A stretch of DNA of 64,000 nt from an uncultured Verrucomicrobiae bacterium (GTDB taxonomy: Bacteria > Verrucomicrobiota > Verrucomicrobiia > Chthoniobacterales > Terrimicrobiaceae): positions 992,001 to 1,056,000 of the forward strand of contig CAVPOC010000008.1 of the NCBI GenBank assembly GCA_963706955.1, read 5' to 3'. Position 1 is the first letter of the stretch, and the number at the start of each line of letters is the position of its first letter. Under the pieces are notes generated by a model. The model was not told where the DNA came from and searched no databases. It worked only from the letters and a program-made list of their open reading frames with translations. This document shows, in pieces, positions 52,898 to 64,000 of this stretch. The position numbers and the translations under genes are program-made.

Positions 52898-53623
52898 ATG
52901 AGCGCATATCCAGCTCCCGACGATGCGAAACCCATGCTCGCACAATTCGAAGAGTTGGCTCGAAAGCGCCGCGCGACTCGCCACTTTCTGCCGCAACCCG
53001 TCGAGCACGAGTTGATCGAACGTTTGCTGCGAACAGCACAATGGGCGCCGAGTGGATATAACCTTCAGCCCACACGATTCATTGTGGTAGCCGATCCTAC
53101 CACCCGATCGAGGATCAGATCGGCATGCATGAATCAAGCATCCATCGAGGAGGCTCCCATCGTGATCGTGTTCGCCGGAGACCACCTTGCGTCCGACAGG
53201 TTGGAGGAAGTTCTAAACCGGGATCTTGCAGCTGGTGCGATTACTCCCGATTACGCCAAGTTCCTGCGCAAGATTGTGCGTTTGATGTTCAAACACGGGC
53301 CGCTCGGCATCAATTGGCTTTGGAAAGCAACCCTAATACCCCTCGCAAGGCTGTCAGTTCCAATCCCCGAGATCATGGCCGTCCACAAACGCTTTTGGCT
53401 CGCGAAACAGGTTGCGCTCTGCGCGATGAATTTCATGCTTGCGGCGGAGGCGGCGGGCCTAGGGACAGTCCCGATGGAAGGCTTCGATGCCGGGCGATTG
53501 CGCCGCGCGCTTGACTTGCCGCGCTCGTGGGAACCGATTCTTGTCGTTCCGATTGGCTACGCCAAGACAGACCCGCCCAAGAGGACACGGGTGCCGCTGC
53601 AACGGGTCATCCTTTGGCGATAG
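52898..53623 (+). CDS. Nitroreductase family protein
   Basis: KRRATRHF, APSGYNLQPTRFIVV, LAAEAAGLGTVPMEGFD, PIGY; start uncertain (52865 or 52898). Confidence 0.9.
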   Translation: MSAYPAPDDAKPMLAQFEELARKRRATRHFLPQPVEHELIERLLRTAQWAPSGYNLQPTRFIVVADPTTRSRIRSACMNQASIEEAPIVIVFAGDHLASDRLEEVLNRDLAAGAITPDYAKFLRKIVRLMFKHGPLGINWLWKATLIPLARLSVPIPEIMAVHKRFWLAKQVALCAMNFMLAAEAAGLGTVPMEGFDAGRLRRALDLPRSWEPILVVPIGYAKTDPPKRTRVPLQRVILWR

Positions 53624-53935
53624 ACTGCTAGCTCAATTACGTAGCATTATCGGACCGCAAATGTCGGTCGCAGCGATGCCTTTTGCGCGCGCTGAAGTCC
53701 GAAAGAGACATCTTCATGATGCTGGGGAAACAGTGCCGTCGCTCGCAGCAGGCCGAAGAAAAATTAGTCAACTTAGCTTAAAAAGGTCAGGAGGACGCGG
53801 GCCTTGGGCCATTGGCAATACCTCTAAGCGCGCTCATCACTCTTTTGCGGACGCATCTTCTCAGACGGAGGTCCTCTCAACTATATTACGGATTGCGGGC
53901 GCTCACTGGCAGCACTGCAAAAACTAAACTAACCT

Positions 53936-54105
53936 ATGACAAACCCGAACTAGTAGAACTCAATGCTTCCGAAATGGAAGCGATCGGCGTCGGCTACGGC
54001 AGCAGCAGGCGTCCGAGACTCGGTGCGCTGATCGTGCTCCTTCTTCTAGCTCTCCTTCTCCGAAGCCGCACGGCGGCCCCAGATGCGGAAGCCGCCGCGG
54101 TCTGA
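53936..54105 (+). CDS. Putative small peptide with a double-glycine-like leader (needs one extra A)
   Basis: aaactaacctATG context; KPELVELNASEMEAIGVG followed by a basic/hydrophobic core. Confidence 0.4.
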
Positions 54106-54532
54106 CGAGAGTATCTTCGGTCCGATGTCTGCAAAAAAGCCTCTTGCGGCAATTCGTCTCGAAGATTTATGGGCAGGCACACGGGGATCGTCCCGTGTGC
54201 CTGCTTCGTCAAAGGTTTTCATGATGGTATGCAGCGATTCACATTTGATCCACCCCTCTCGTGATCCGCGCATAAACCGCCGCCCCGCACTGACAGCGCT
54301 CGCCAAAACTCGCGCTCTCTGAGTGCCCTTTTCGGAATCATTCCTGAGAGATGCCATAGGCAGTCCTAACCCGATTACCGCTGAGAAAAAAAGAGAACCC
54401 ACGAGCCGTTCGCCTGTGGTCTCCTTGCGATAATTCTCAGCTTCAATTGTAGCGGCGGCCTGGGCGCCTCCCCTGCGCCGACCGGGCCCTGCCGCCGTGG
54501 TGACACAACCGCTACAAAAGACCGACTACAGC

Positions 54533-55798
54533 TCAATCCATCTTGTTTTGCTGCCAGGATTCCTCGATCGCTTCGACGCCTGCTTCGGGAGTCATGTTTC
54601 CGGCGGCTATGTCTGCGGAGACGTCGTTAAAGACGCGTCCAGTGTCAGGTCCAAGCAACTGATCGATAGCAATCCCGATCCATTGGGACTTGCCGATCTC
54701 CTCGGCGATCGCCTTGAGGAAAGGATCCTTAATTGCTTGAGCCGTCCCTTCGACGGCGGGGATGAACACGCCTGCCTCAGCTATTTTGGTCTGGGTTTCT
54801 TTTCCGAGCCACACCCTCATGAAATCCACTGTCTCTTTAGGTGCCTGCTTGGAAACCAACCAACCGTCCAGGCTCGCGAACAGATCATTGGCTTTGCCCT
54901 TGCCATCTTTGACTTCAGGAAAGAAGAACCATCCCATCTTCTCGTTAGGAAGGCCCTTCTTGTCGGCAGCGTTTCTCCTGCCCTCGACCAAATCCCAAGG
55001 GCCCATCAGATGAAAGGCCGCCTGGCCGTCGTGAAACACCCCCGATGCTTCCGGATAGGTGTTGGATAGATAGCCCTTCTGAAATGGCTCGAGGGCGGCG
55101 AGCTCTTTATAGAGCTGAAACGCCTTGAGTACGTTTGGATTAGCAAACCCGCCATCCTTGTCCTCATAAGCGGCCTGAAAGCCCTCCTTGCCGAGGATGC
55201 GCATCATGAGCAGGGCGGGGTAAAAATGCAGGGGCCACTTATCCTTGCCACCCGCCGCTATCGGCGTGATGCCCGCCGCCTTGAGCTTTTTGACGGCTTC
55301 CATGAAATCCTCCCATTGTTTGATCTGCGTCGGATCGACACCAGCCTTTTGGCACAACTCTTTATTATACCAAAAAACCATTGGTGCGAGGTCGTTGGGC
55401 ACCCCGTAGGCTTTACCGTCAACGACGAAATTTTGCGCGGTTGCAGGATAAAAGGTCTCGTTGAACCCTCCCTCGGCAATCTCGCTGGTGATGTCTTTGC
55501 AGATGCCCGCGGCGACCTGTTCGTGCATCACTCCACCGCCCCAACTATGAAAGGCGCTCGGGCGGTCCTTGGACTGCAGCAGCGTCGGCAATTTGGCCTT
55601 AAAAGCTTCATTCTCCAGATAGTTGAACTGCACGTCCACACCCGGATTGGCGGCTTCGTATTTTTTGGCAGCCTCCTCCCAAATCTCTAGGATCTTGGGA
55701 ACCGATTGCAGGTGAAGGATTTTGACGACGGTTTCCGCCCGCACGGACGAACTAAGCAATCCTAGCAGGGTACAGAGTAGTGATAGTGTGAGTTTCAT
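54533..55798 (-). CDS. Carbohydrate ABC substrate-binding protein
   Basis: Signal peptide, LENEAFKAKL, SWGGG, GITPIA. Confidence 0.9.
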   Translation of the reverse strand: MKLTLSLLCTLLGLLSSSVRAETVVKILHLQSVPKILEIWEEAAKKYEAANPGVDVQFNYLENEAFKAKLPTLLQSKDRPSAFHSWGGGVMHEQVAAGICKDITSEIAEGGFNETFYPATAQNFVVDGKAYGVPNDLAPMVFWYNKELCQKAGVDPTQIKQWEDFMEAVKKLKAAGITPIAAGGKDKWPLHFYPALLMMRILGKEGFQAAYEDKDGGFANPNVLKAFQLYKELAALEPFQKGYLSNTYPEASGVFHDGQAAFHLMGPWDLVEGRRNAADKKGLPNEKMGWFFFPEVKDGKGKANDLFASLDGWLVSKQAPKETVDFMRVWLGKETQTKIAEAGVFIPAVEGTAQAIKDPFLKAIAEEIGKSQWIGIAIDQLLGPDTGRVFNDVSADIAAGNMTPEAGVEAIEESWQQNKMD

Positions 55799-56030
55799 GG
55801 CGTTGTTTCTATGGTGAAAATGCGACGTCCGATCGCATGCTTGATTTGCGGTTTTAGGGGGTTCAGATTTGCCGTCTAGCTACCGGCTTTCGGCTCCGTG
55901 GGAAGATAGCCTCGACGGGAGCCCGCTGGCAAGGACGCTCGTTAGTATCGTTGTGGAGGTCACGGTTTGTCTAGCGCCGTCCGGGATCGATGCCGTTCAG
56001 GGATATGATCCAGTCGATTCATAGTCCGCT

Positions 56031-56857
56031 CTATCCCTTGACCGCGCCAGAGGTGAGGCCGGCAATAATATGTTTTTGTGCCGCCAGATAAAAGAGGATC
56101 GCCGGTGCGAGAGTCAGGCTGATGTAGGCGAGGACCTTGCCCCAGTCGGTTCCATATTGGCCCTGGTACTGCATGATGCCCAATGGCCAAGGATAGAGCG
56201 ATTCACTATTGATCATTACCAGAGGCAGCAGAAAGGCATTCCAGCTCCCAACCAAGGCCAGGACGCCGACTGTTGCCAGCACCGGTCGCGACAAAGGCAG
56301 CGTGATCTGCCAGAAATAGCGCGTGTAACTGCAGCCATCGACCACCGCCGCCTCGAGCAGTTCTTTGGGCAATTGCGAAAAGAAGCCCGTGCAAGATCAC
56401 CACCGAAAAGCCAAGGTTAAAGGCTACCTGAGGCAGAATCACCCCCCAATAGGTATCCAGCAGCCCTAAATCGCGCACTCGAATGAAGACCGGCAAGACC
56501 GCGGTCGCGAAGGGAAAGGTCAGCCCAAGCGCCAGATAATTGCCGATCAATTTTCGGCCGGCAAAATGCATGTGGGAGAGCGTGAACGCGGCCATCGAAC
56601 TGACCAGCACCGTTAGCGACGGTGCTCACAAGGGCGATGATGGCCGAGTTTCCGAGCATCTGCCAAAAGCGGTGGCCCGTGAGGATCTCGATGTAATTGT
56701 CGACGATCCATTCTCGGGGCAGTCCGAAAGCATTGGTGCGCAAGTCTCCCGTCGTTTTAAAACCGCCGATGACCGTTGCCCACAAGGGCAGGATCACTGG
56801 GCCGGAAATCAAAAACAGTATCAGGAGCCGATAATAACGAAAAAGTCCTCTATCCAT
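56031..56857 (-). CDS. Carbohydrate ABC permease, frameshifted
   Basis: Three overlapping fragments; PKELLEAAVVDG, GLTSGAVKG. Confidence 0.85.
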
Positions 56858-56859
56858 AA

Positions 56860-57823
56860 TTAGCGAGCCTCAGATTCGCGCATGAACAACCGCTTGTAGA
56901 AAATCATCACCAGCACGCAGATGACGAAGAGAATAACACCGACGGCGCTGCCGAAGCCGACCCTCATGCGCTTGATTCCAAACGTGTACAAGTAGGACAC
57001 CGCCGAGTGGGTCGAATTCGACGGGCCACCATCCGTTAGCGGGATGATCATGTCGAAGAACTGCAGCGAGCCCAAAATGCTGAAGAACAGCGAAAGGACA
57101 ATGACGTGCTTCATCATCGGGAGCACGACGTGCAGGGTCGATTTCCAGCGACTGGCGCCATCGATTTGCGCTGCCTCGAGGATCTCACTGGAAATGCCCT
57201 GCCGGCCGGCAACAAACAACGCCATGTGGAAACCAAAATATTTCCAAATGACGACCACCAAGAGGGCGGCCATGGCCCAGCCCTTCTCGGCGAGCACTTG
57301 CGGCGCTTCGAGACCGAACCAGCTGTAAATCACGGCAACGACACCGTAGTTGCCATCATACATGTAGCGCCAGATCAGGCCGGCCGCGACCTCGCCAAGG
57401 ATGTATGGCAGAAAGAAAACCGCCCGGAAGAACACGCTCGAGCGCTGTCCGATCCGAGATCAACAGAGCGACACTCAGCGCGAGCGGCACTTGGATGAAT
57501 GCCGAGACGAGGATCACCAGCAGGTTGTTGAAAAGCGCATTGTGGAAAATGGGATCGCTTAGTGCCCGAACATAGTTCTGCAGATTGATCCATTTCGTCG
57601 GCGCCCCGTATCCGTTCCAGTTGTAAAATCCGTAATAGGCTGCTTCCACCACCGGGAAGGTCACGAATATGGTAAACAGGAGAAGTGCCGGGGGTAGAAA
57701 GAGAAGGCAGGTGGTAAGTTGGCCCGATTGTGAAAAGTCCCGCAGACGCTTGCCAATGGTTTGCTTTGCAACCGCAGGCGGCGGCGCGGTCTCCTGTGTG
57801 GAAGTAAGTTCTTTGCTAATCAC
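56860..57823 (-). CDS. Carbohydrate ABC permease, frameshifted
   Basis: Two fragments; ILEAAQIDGA, TDGGP. Confidence 0.85.
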
Positions 57824-58071
57824 AGGACGTTTCAGCTAAAGGTTGTAACTTAGTCGCGCATTCCACGAGGCCGGATTCTCCTCGAGAGCCGTGCCGGAAG
57901 CGATGCTTGGCTGAGTTTGCTCGATAAGAAGGCAGGGGGCGATGGTCTCGGCATCATACGAAATGCTCCGGTGGTCGTTGTGGTCCTCGCAAGCCAACTA
58001 ACCAGATCTAGTCTCATCTTGGATAGGATGTCCGGCCACGATTTGAAGATTCGTCCGACTGGTTTGTGGCA

Positions 58072-59224
58072 TTATTGTGTGGATTTCTGAAGCGGATTCC
58101 AGGTCGCCGGCAATGGCTCGGCCAGCTTGCAGGTCGTGGCGAAGGAAACTGTTTGTCCCGAGTCGGCCGATCGGATGATCGACTCCATGATGTCGAGGAC
58201 GTGGAGGGCCAGATCGGCGCTGGCGCGGGGGCTGCCGCCACTGCGCACCGCGCGCGCCAAGTCCAACGCTCCCATGCCGCGACCTTCCGCGCTGCCCTCC
58301 GCCGGAAACTCTGTCCAATCGGCATCGGTTGGCGCGTCCAACCACTCTTGTGGAGAAGTCTTGTTGAGATCTTTCTTGCAGACGAACACGGAACCATCAA
58401 AGGCGTTCGGGTCGGGCAAGCGGATGGCGCCCCCTGTGCCATGGACTTCCAGCTCGCGTGTCGCAATGGGCTCGTCAAAGCTGAATCTGGCAGTGGCGAT
58501 CGGCCCGGAGGCAAACTCCAGCAGCGCCGAGATCTGCGTATCCACGGTGACTTCGAAGGTCTCTCCCGCGCGCGGCCCGCTGCCGATCGTCCGTTTATTC
58601 TGGGCTCGCCGGCCAAAGCCGGAGACCGTCTTCACGGGGCCAAAGAGCTGGACGAGCGCAGTGAGGTAGTATGGGCCCATATCCAGCAGCGGCCCTCCAC
58701 CTTTTTGGAAAAGAAACTCTGGGTTTGGATGCCAGGCATCCGGGCCTGGATAGCCAAACGTGGCCTTGGCCGAGATCGGGGTGCCTATCCGGCCAGCCTC
58801 GATCACTCGGCGTGCCGTCTGCAAGCCCGCACCCAGGAAGGTGTCGGGAGCATTGCCCAAGTGGACTTTGTTCTCAGCAGCCGCCGCGATAATCGTCTCG
58901 GCCCTCTTCGAGCGACAACGCGAACGGCTTCTCGCCATAGACATGCTTGCCTGAACGAATCGCCTGGAGCGCCACGCTGGCGTGGACCGCAGGGATGGTC
59001 AGATTTATGATCAATTCAACGTCGGGCATCTCCAAAACCGTGGCCAGATCCGCGGAGTGCGGCACCCCGTACTTCGCCGCCTGTGCCGACGCGCGACTCA
59101 AATCGATGTCCGCGCACGCAATGACGTTGACATCTGGGAAGCGGACCAGGTTCGTCAGGTATTGGTCGCTGATGTTACCGCAACCAACGACGGCAATTCC
59201 GACCGGTTCAAAAGTATTGCTCAT
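58072..59224 (-). CDS. Gfo/Idh/MocA oxidoreductase, frameshifted
   Basis: VVGCGNIS, GKHVYGEKP, then APDTFLG, GGPLLDMGPYY in the next frame. Confidence 0.88.
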
Positions 59225-59255
59225 AGATGTTTTCTCGTTGGAATCGTTTGACCGA

Positions 59256-60160
59256 TTATCGATTGGCGGTAAATGCATCCGGGCCGAACTGCTTGGCAAT
59301 CCAGGCTGCGGAAATTTTCGTGGATTCGAGGTTTGTCGGGGCCTCGGGCACGTCGACTTCGACAACGATCCAGCCGTTAAACGATGAGGGAAGCGCGCCC
59401 AACGCCGGCGGCCAGGTCGATATCGCCCCGACCCGGCTCTGTCCAGACGGTAAACTTTCCTCGGGTGGCCTCGTGGTAGCTGGCGCCGGCAGCTTTTGAC
59501 TGCCTTCACTTGATCGGCATGAACATCCTTGAGATGCATTCCTGCGATTCGCGTGGAATAACGACTCATGATCTTGACTGGGTCCACTCCGGCCCAGGTG
59601 AGATGGCCGGTATCCGGACCGAATCCGAGGATCGAGTCTGGGACGCCCTGCAGAACCGTATCGATTTCGTTTTCCACTTCGATCGCGCTTCCGACGTGAG
59701 GGTGCAGCATGGGCCGCACTCCTTCAGCGACAATGGCGGCTAGCCGCGGCGCCGACGCCATCGACGACTTTCGCCAAGATCGGCCGCGTCAGCATCCGCA
59801 CCGATCGCCGGATGTTCTACACGGACTCCGTCCACATTGGCGGCAAGGAAGACCTCTGTGTTGCCGAGCTCCGCCTGAACAGCCGCATGCCGTTTCGCGC
59901 TCTCGGCGATCTTGATCCAGCGGAGTGTCATGGAACGACGCTGCAAAGTAACCGGGTGCCGGAACAAACCCATAATCGGCAAGAAGAGCACGGTACTCGG
60001 ACGGCGTCAACTCGGCCGGCGGGTCGGCCTGGATCGCTTTGAACGGAGTGGTGGCGATTTCTGAAAAGGCTTGGCGAAGGACCGGAACAGAAAGGTCAAA
60101 TCCTCTTTCAGTGAGCACCCACGGGAGCGGGTTCAAGGCGATTTTGGCGTGGCTGGTCAT
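59256..60160 (-). CDS. Sugar phosphate isomerase/epimerase (IolE-like TIM barrel), frameshifted
   Basis: IALNPLPW, HPHVGS, PDTGHL, MHLKD, EPGRG, EVD across frames. Confidence 0.8.
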
Positions 60161-60373
60161 AGGTGGTTGTCCCGGCAGACTAGCCGGACAACCCCTCCTC
60201 AGATAGAATTTCTCAATGGCCTTTAGAACATTCGTCCGACTTTCCGACAGTCGAAGCACTTTCCGGCGATGCAGACGCGCCAGCCGGCCGGCTGCAACCG
60301 ATCGCCTCCGCGGTTGACATCATGAACCGCAGAAAGCCGCAGGCTCTCGGCGTACCCGAATCAGGTCGTCAGT

Positions 60374-61248
60374 TCAACTGTGCTTTGCTGAGAGCGAAAC
60401 GCTGCCGGCGGTTGTGCCGAAGAAGCGTCGAAAGTGGCGATTGAGGTGCGCCTGGTCACAGAAGCCCGTGGTGGCTGCGATCTCGGCCAATGAAAGGGAA
60501 GGATTGCGCTGGCCGATGAGTTTGCGCGCGTGGTTTAGGCGGACGAGGAGCAAATATTGATGCGGGGTATGGCCGGTGAGTTGACGGAACATGAGCGCAA
60601 AATGACTGCGACTCATCTTCGCCAGCGAAGCCAGCTCGTTCAAAGAGAGGTCTTCGGCAAAATCTTTCTCCAGACGCTCAACTGCTCGCCTGATGTCCAG
60701 GCGGAACAGCCGTCTTTCGTTCCCCTTTTTTACAGTCCCAAGCACGCGCAAAGCTAGGGCACGGGCAAGCGGCTCGAAATAGAGCGGACCATGTGGGCAT
60801 TGATCCTCGGTCTCTTCCATGAGAAGCCGGCATAAGGCTTCCGTCCGCTGGTCGATGGCAAAGAAATGATGCCAATGCGACTTCGGAGATAACCTCGAAG
60901 AGCCCCATCTCTTTGGCCATCGCCTCGAAAAAAGCAGGCGAGAAGCTGAAGTTAACAACAAAGCCCGCGGCACCCTCCCACTCGCCAAAAACCGGCACGC
61001 CTGGAGGCGAAACAAAGATATTTCCCCGGTGAATGTGGTGATGGTGCAAACCAAGCTCCGGAACCGTAATCCACGTGTCTCCCTTCTCTGTTCTTGGCCT
61101 GTACCAGAAGGTGTAAGTGTTCTGAGCGGGAGTTACGGCAGAGGAAACGTTGGCGGGAAGCCTGTGGATGGCGACTTTGAGCGCATCGACCCCGGAGCGA
61201 TCGCTCCGCAGAACAACCAGAGTCATTAACATTTAAAGCTCCGGCCAT
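60374..61248 (-). CDS. AraC family regulator, frameshifted paralog
   Basis: LSLNELA..MSRSHFALMFR, GFCDQAHLNRHFRRFFG; N-terminus split over frames. Confidence 0.85.
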
Positions 61249-61324
61249 TTTTGGCTACAGCTTCACGCGCAGGAACATAACAGCTCAATCTCGGACGGCA
61301 CTCGAAACCTCTCGCTGGCAGAAT

Positions 61325-62299
61325 TCACAGATTCAGGACGTTCGCGCTCGTCGGTCTTTGACCTAACGCCGGATCACCCTGCCGCGACATCGCTGACTGC
61401 TTGCCAGGCGGAGCGTGAACAACGCTGTGCTGTGACCGGAAAGCTGCGGGGGTCGTGCCGAAAACGCGGCGAAAATGACGGCTGAGGTGCGCTTGGTCGC
61501 AAAAGCCGCTTGCCGCGGCAATCTCGGCCAGCGGAAGTGCCGAGTTGCCTTGCGCGATGAGTTTGCGCGCATGATTTAACCGCACCAAAAGCAGGTATTG
61601 GTGCGGCGTGTAACCCGTAAATTCTCGAAACATGAGCGCAAAATGGCTGCGGCTCATCTGCGCCATGGTCGCAAGTTCACCCAAAGAAATCTCGTCCGCG
61701 AAATCGGTTTCCAGATGTTGGACAGCGTGGCGGATGCCCGGTGGCACGCTCGCAGCACGCCAGGCGCGGCCGCGCTGATCGCGCACCGTCCCCAGAACCT
61801 TCAGCGCCAAGGCGCGGGCAAGTGGCTCGAAGTAGAGCGGACCATTGGGACATTGTTCCTCGGTTTCCTCCATCAGGAGCCGACACAATGCTTCGATCCG
61901 CTGGTCGATGGCAAAAAAATGGTGCCAAGGCCGCTTTGAAATAAGCTCTGAAAGACCCATCTGCGCGGCAAGAGATTCGAAAAAGCGGGCATCGAAACTG
62001 AAGTTGGCCACGGTGCCCTCAGCCTCTTCCTGTTCACCATGCACAGGCAAGGCAGGCGGAGAGATCAGCAAGTGATTGCGACTGACATGATGGTGGTCCA
62101 ACCCAAGCTCCGGAACCGTCAACCATGTGTGTCCTCTCTCTGCCCGCGGCCTGTACCAAAACGTGTAAGCGTCTTGTTCAGGTGTGAAGGACGACCAGGC
62201 ATTCGCCGGAAACCTGTGGATGGTAACCGATAGCTCCTTGACCGCGGAGCGATCGCTCCGGTGAATAATCAAGTCATTGACGTTTATCGGCCCGGGCAT
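61325..62299 (-). CDS. AraC family regulator
   Basis: ISLGELA..MSRSHF, GFCDQAHLSRHFRRVFGTTP. Confidence 0.92.
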   Translation of the reverse strand: MPGPINVNDLIIHRSDRSAVKELSVTIHRFPANAWSSFTPEQDAYTFWYRPRAERGHTWLTVPELGLDHHHVSRNHLLISPPALPVHGEQEEAEGTVANFSFDARFFESLAAQMGLSELISKRPWHHFFAIDQRIEALCRLLMEETEEQCPNGPLYFEPLARALALKVLGTVRDQRGRAWRAASVPPGIRHAVQHLETDFADEISLGELATMAQMSRSHFALMFREFTGYTPHQYLLLVRLNHARKLIAQGNSALPLAEIAAASGFCDQAHLSRHFRRVFGTTPAAFRSQHSVVHAPPGKQSAMSRQGDPALGQRPTSANVLNL

Positions 62300-62390
62300 T
62301 TTTGGCTACATCTTCCGGCGGAGGAACATAGCAGCTCGGTGGTTCGGGCACACTCAAAAATCTTCTGCACCGCATTGATCGTTGGCGGAC

Positions 62391-64000
62391 TCAAGCTGGC
62401 AACGGCTCGATTCTCGCGATGCTCTCCATGCGCCAGTGGCAGCCGAGCACGCGGTTTTCACCGACGACTTCGATCCTGCCTTTCGATTTGATGTCGCTGC
62501 TGGATGCACCGACGAATAGCTCGAATTCGCCGGCCTCGACCACGCGCTGATAGGCGGTATTGGTGAAATTGAGCATGTCCACGGGAATGGAGAAGCTCAC
62601 CACCGCGCGTTCTTTCGGCCGCAGCGTGACTCTCTGGAAAGCCTTCAACTCCTTTACCGGGCGGACCAATGACGCGAAGACGTCGCGGAAGTAGACTTGA
62701 ACGACTTCGCACCCCTCGCGCTCGCCGGTATTCTCAAGGTCGATCGCCACCTCCACGGTTCCATCACTGGTGCTGACTTGATTCTCTTTAATCCGCAATT
62801 CGCGATAGGTGAACTGGGTATAGCTCAGGCCATAACCAAACGCGTACTTGGTGCCGAAGTGATAAGCGATCGGAGCGCCGCCACTCTTGAGCTTGTGGTT
62901 ATAGTAGTACGGCACCGCGCCGACATTTTTTGGGATCGAGACTACCAGGCGTCCGCTAGGGTTTTCCTTGCCCGTTAGGAGATCCGCTATGGCTTCGCCT
63001 CCTTCCTGACCTGGTTGGAACGCCATCAGAACTGCTGCGGCTTGGTCTTCGAGCCCATTGAGAGAATACGGGCGGCCGGAGGTAACCACCACCACTGTGG
63101 GTGTGCCGGTCGCGATGATTCGCCGGACGAGCTCTTCCTGGACCCCTGGCAATTGGAGGCTGTCAGTGTCTGAACCTTCGCCCACCGTTCCGGTCTGGAA
63201 CAAGCCGGCCAAGTCGCCAACGAAAACGATGGCGACATCGGACTGCTGCGCGCACTCCACCGCGCTGTCGATCTGAGAAAGATCACGGCTGATTGGCGAG
63301 GTTCGCTTCAGGCTTGCCGCGACGTCGGAATCGACGTCACCGGGAAAGACGGGCGCTTCCGGATTGCGTTCGGTCAGGATCTCGCATCCTTTCGCATAAC
63401 GAACGTTGTTCTCACCAAATCGCTCCAGGAGAGCTTGCAGCGGGGTCTTGGCGTATTGGGCGTCTTCTTGCATGTTGGCGACGATCAAATGCACCGGAAA
63501 GGAATAGCCACTAAACATCGCCAACTGATCGTCGGCGGTTGGACCTATCACCGCCACCTTCGGGCTCTTCGTAGGGTCCAGCGGAAGCACGCCGCGATTT
63601 TCCAGCAACACGATCGACTGCAACGCCACCTGTTTCGCGAGCTGTATTGCGTTTTCCGCTCGAAGGTTCAGCTGACTCTCGTCGGCATACGGGTTTTCAA
63701 AGAGACCTAGACGAAACTTCTCGGTGAGAATGCGCCCTACGATTTCATCGATCTTTTCCTCCGTTATTTGACCGCGTTTCAGCGCCTCTTGGAGATTTTC
63801 TGTGCAGTCAAACCCGGGCAATTCGATGTCCAAGCCTGCATTGAAGGCGAGCGCCGCCGCCTCGGCTTTGTCGCGGGCGACTGCGTGATGGATATGGAGC
63901 AAGCTAACACCCCCATAGTCGGCGACAACGAGACCATCAAACCCCCACTGGTCTCTTAGAAGAGTCGTCAGCAGGTAATGCCACGAATGACACGGCTCGT
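62391..64000 (-). CDS. GH3 beta-glucosidase/xylosidase; 5' part beyond the right edge
   Basis: WGFDGLVVADY nucleophile motif near 63920-63950, SIVLLEN, GEGSD, FGYGLSYT, KELKAF. Confidence 0.93.
   Translation of the reverse strand, partial: EPCHSWHYLLTTLLRDQWGFDGLVVADYGGVSLLHIHHAVARDKAEAAALAFNAGLDIELPGFDCTENLQEALKRGQITEEKIDEIVGRILTEKFRLGLFENPYADESQLNLRAENAIQLAKQVALQSIVLLENRGVLPLDPTKSPKVAVIGPTADDQLAMFSGYSFPVHLIVANMQEDAQYAKTPLQALLERFGENNVRYAKGCEILTERNPEAPVFPGDVDSDVAASLKRTSPISRDLSQIDSAVECAQQSDVAIVFVGDLAGLFQTGTVGEGSDTDSLQLPGVQEELVRRIIATGTPTVVVVTSGRPYSLNGLEDQAAAVLMAFQPGQEGGEAIADLLTGKENPSGRLVVSIPKNVGAVPYYYNHKLKSGGAPIAYHFGTKYAFGYGLSYTQFTYRELRIKENQVSTSDGTVEVAIDLENTGEREGCEVVQVYFRDVFASLVRPVKELKAFQRVTLRPKERAVVSFSIPVDMLNFTNTAYQRVVEAGEFELFVGASSSDIKSKGRIEVVGENRVLGCHWRMESIARIEPLPA

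Noticed and set aside
58874..59761. Apparent isomerase-oxidoreductase fusion ORF
   Set aside because: Chimera produced by frameshifts; the isomerase has its own stop at 59256 and the oxidoreductase its own ATG at 59224
1..64000. CRISPR array, rRNA, reverse transcriptase or retron
   Set aside because: No regularly spaced repeats, cas genes, rRNA-like blocks or RT motifs were seen

Overview
GC-rich bacterial window, probably Verrucomicrobia (Chthoniobacterales-like); this is inferred from the integrase motif set, the 'DGKSFKE' beta-barrel and AC-rich start contexts. 1-13.7 kb is core genome: a large TerB-like/FHA-like/ABCG-type exporter running off the left edge, DAHP synthase, a DEDD exonuclease, a cyclophilin, aguB-M14-hisB-hisH-hisA and tRNA-Phe(GAA). 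About 13.7-54 kb is an accretion zone organised around tRNA-Phe and tRNA-Leu(TAA). It holds a 4.35-kb tRNA-Phe islet (intact ISL3, FRG protein, DUF4157 metallopeptidase), a polyol ABC transporter with dihydroxyacetone kinase, many gene remnants, an MscS gene and a PICI-like satellite at the tRNA-Leu 3' end. Upstream of tRNA-Leu lie tandem segments bounded by tRNA 5'-half repeats. These include a 1.19-kb duplication carrying an integron-like attI/SMI1 cassette/half-attC, and an IS5-split terminase-small-subunit-like gene. 54.5-64 kb is a sugar catabolism locus (ABC transporter, Gfo/Idh/MocA, isomerase, two AraC paralogs, GH3). Many single-base frameshifts suggest long-read indel errors and/or decay. 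No CRISPR array or rRNA was seen. All calls were made by eye, without database searches.
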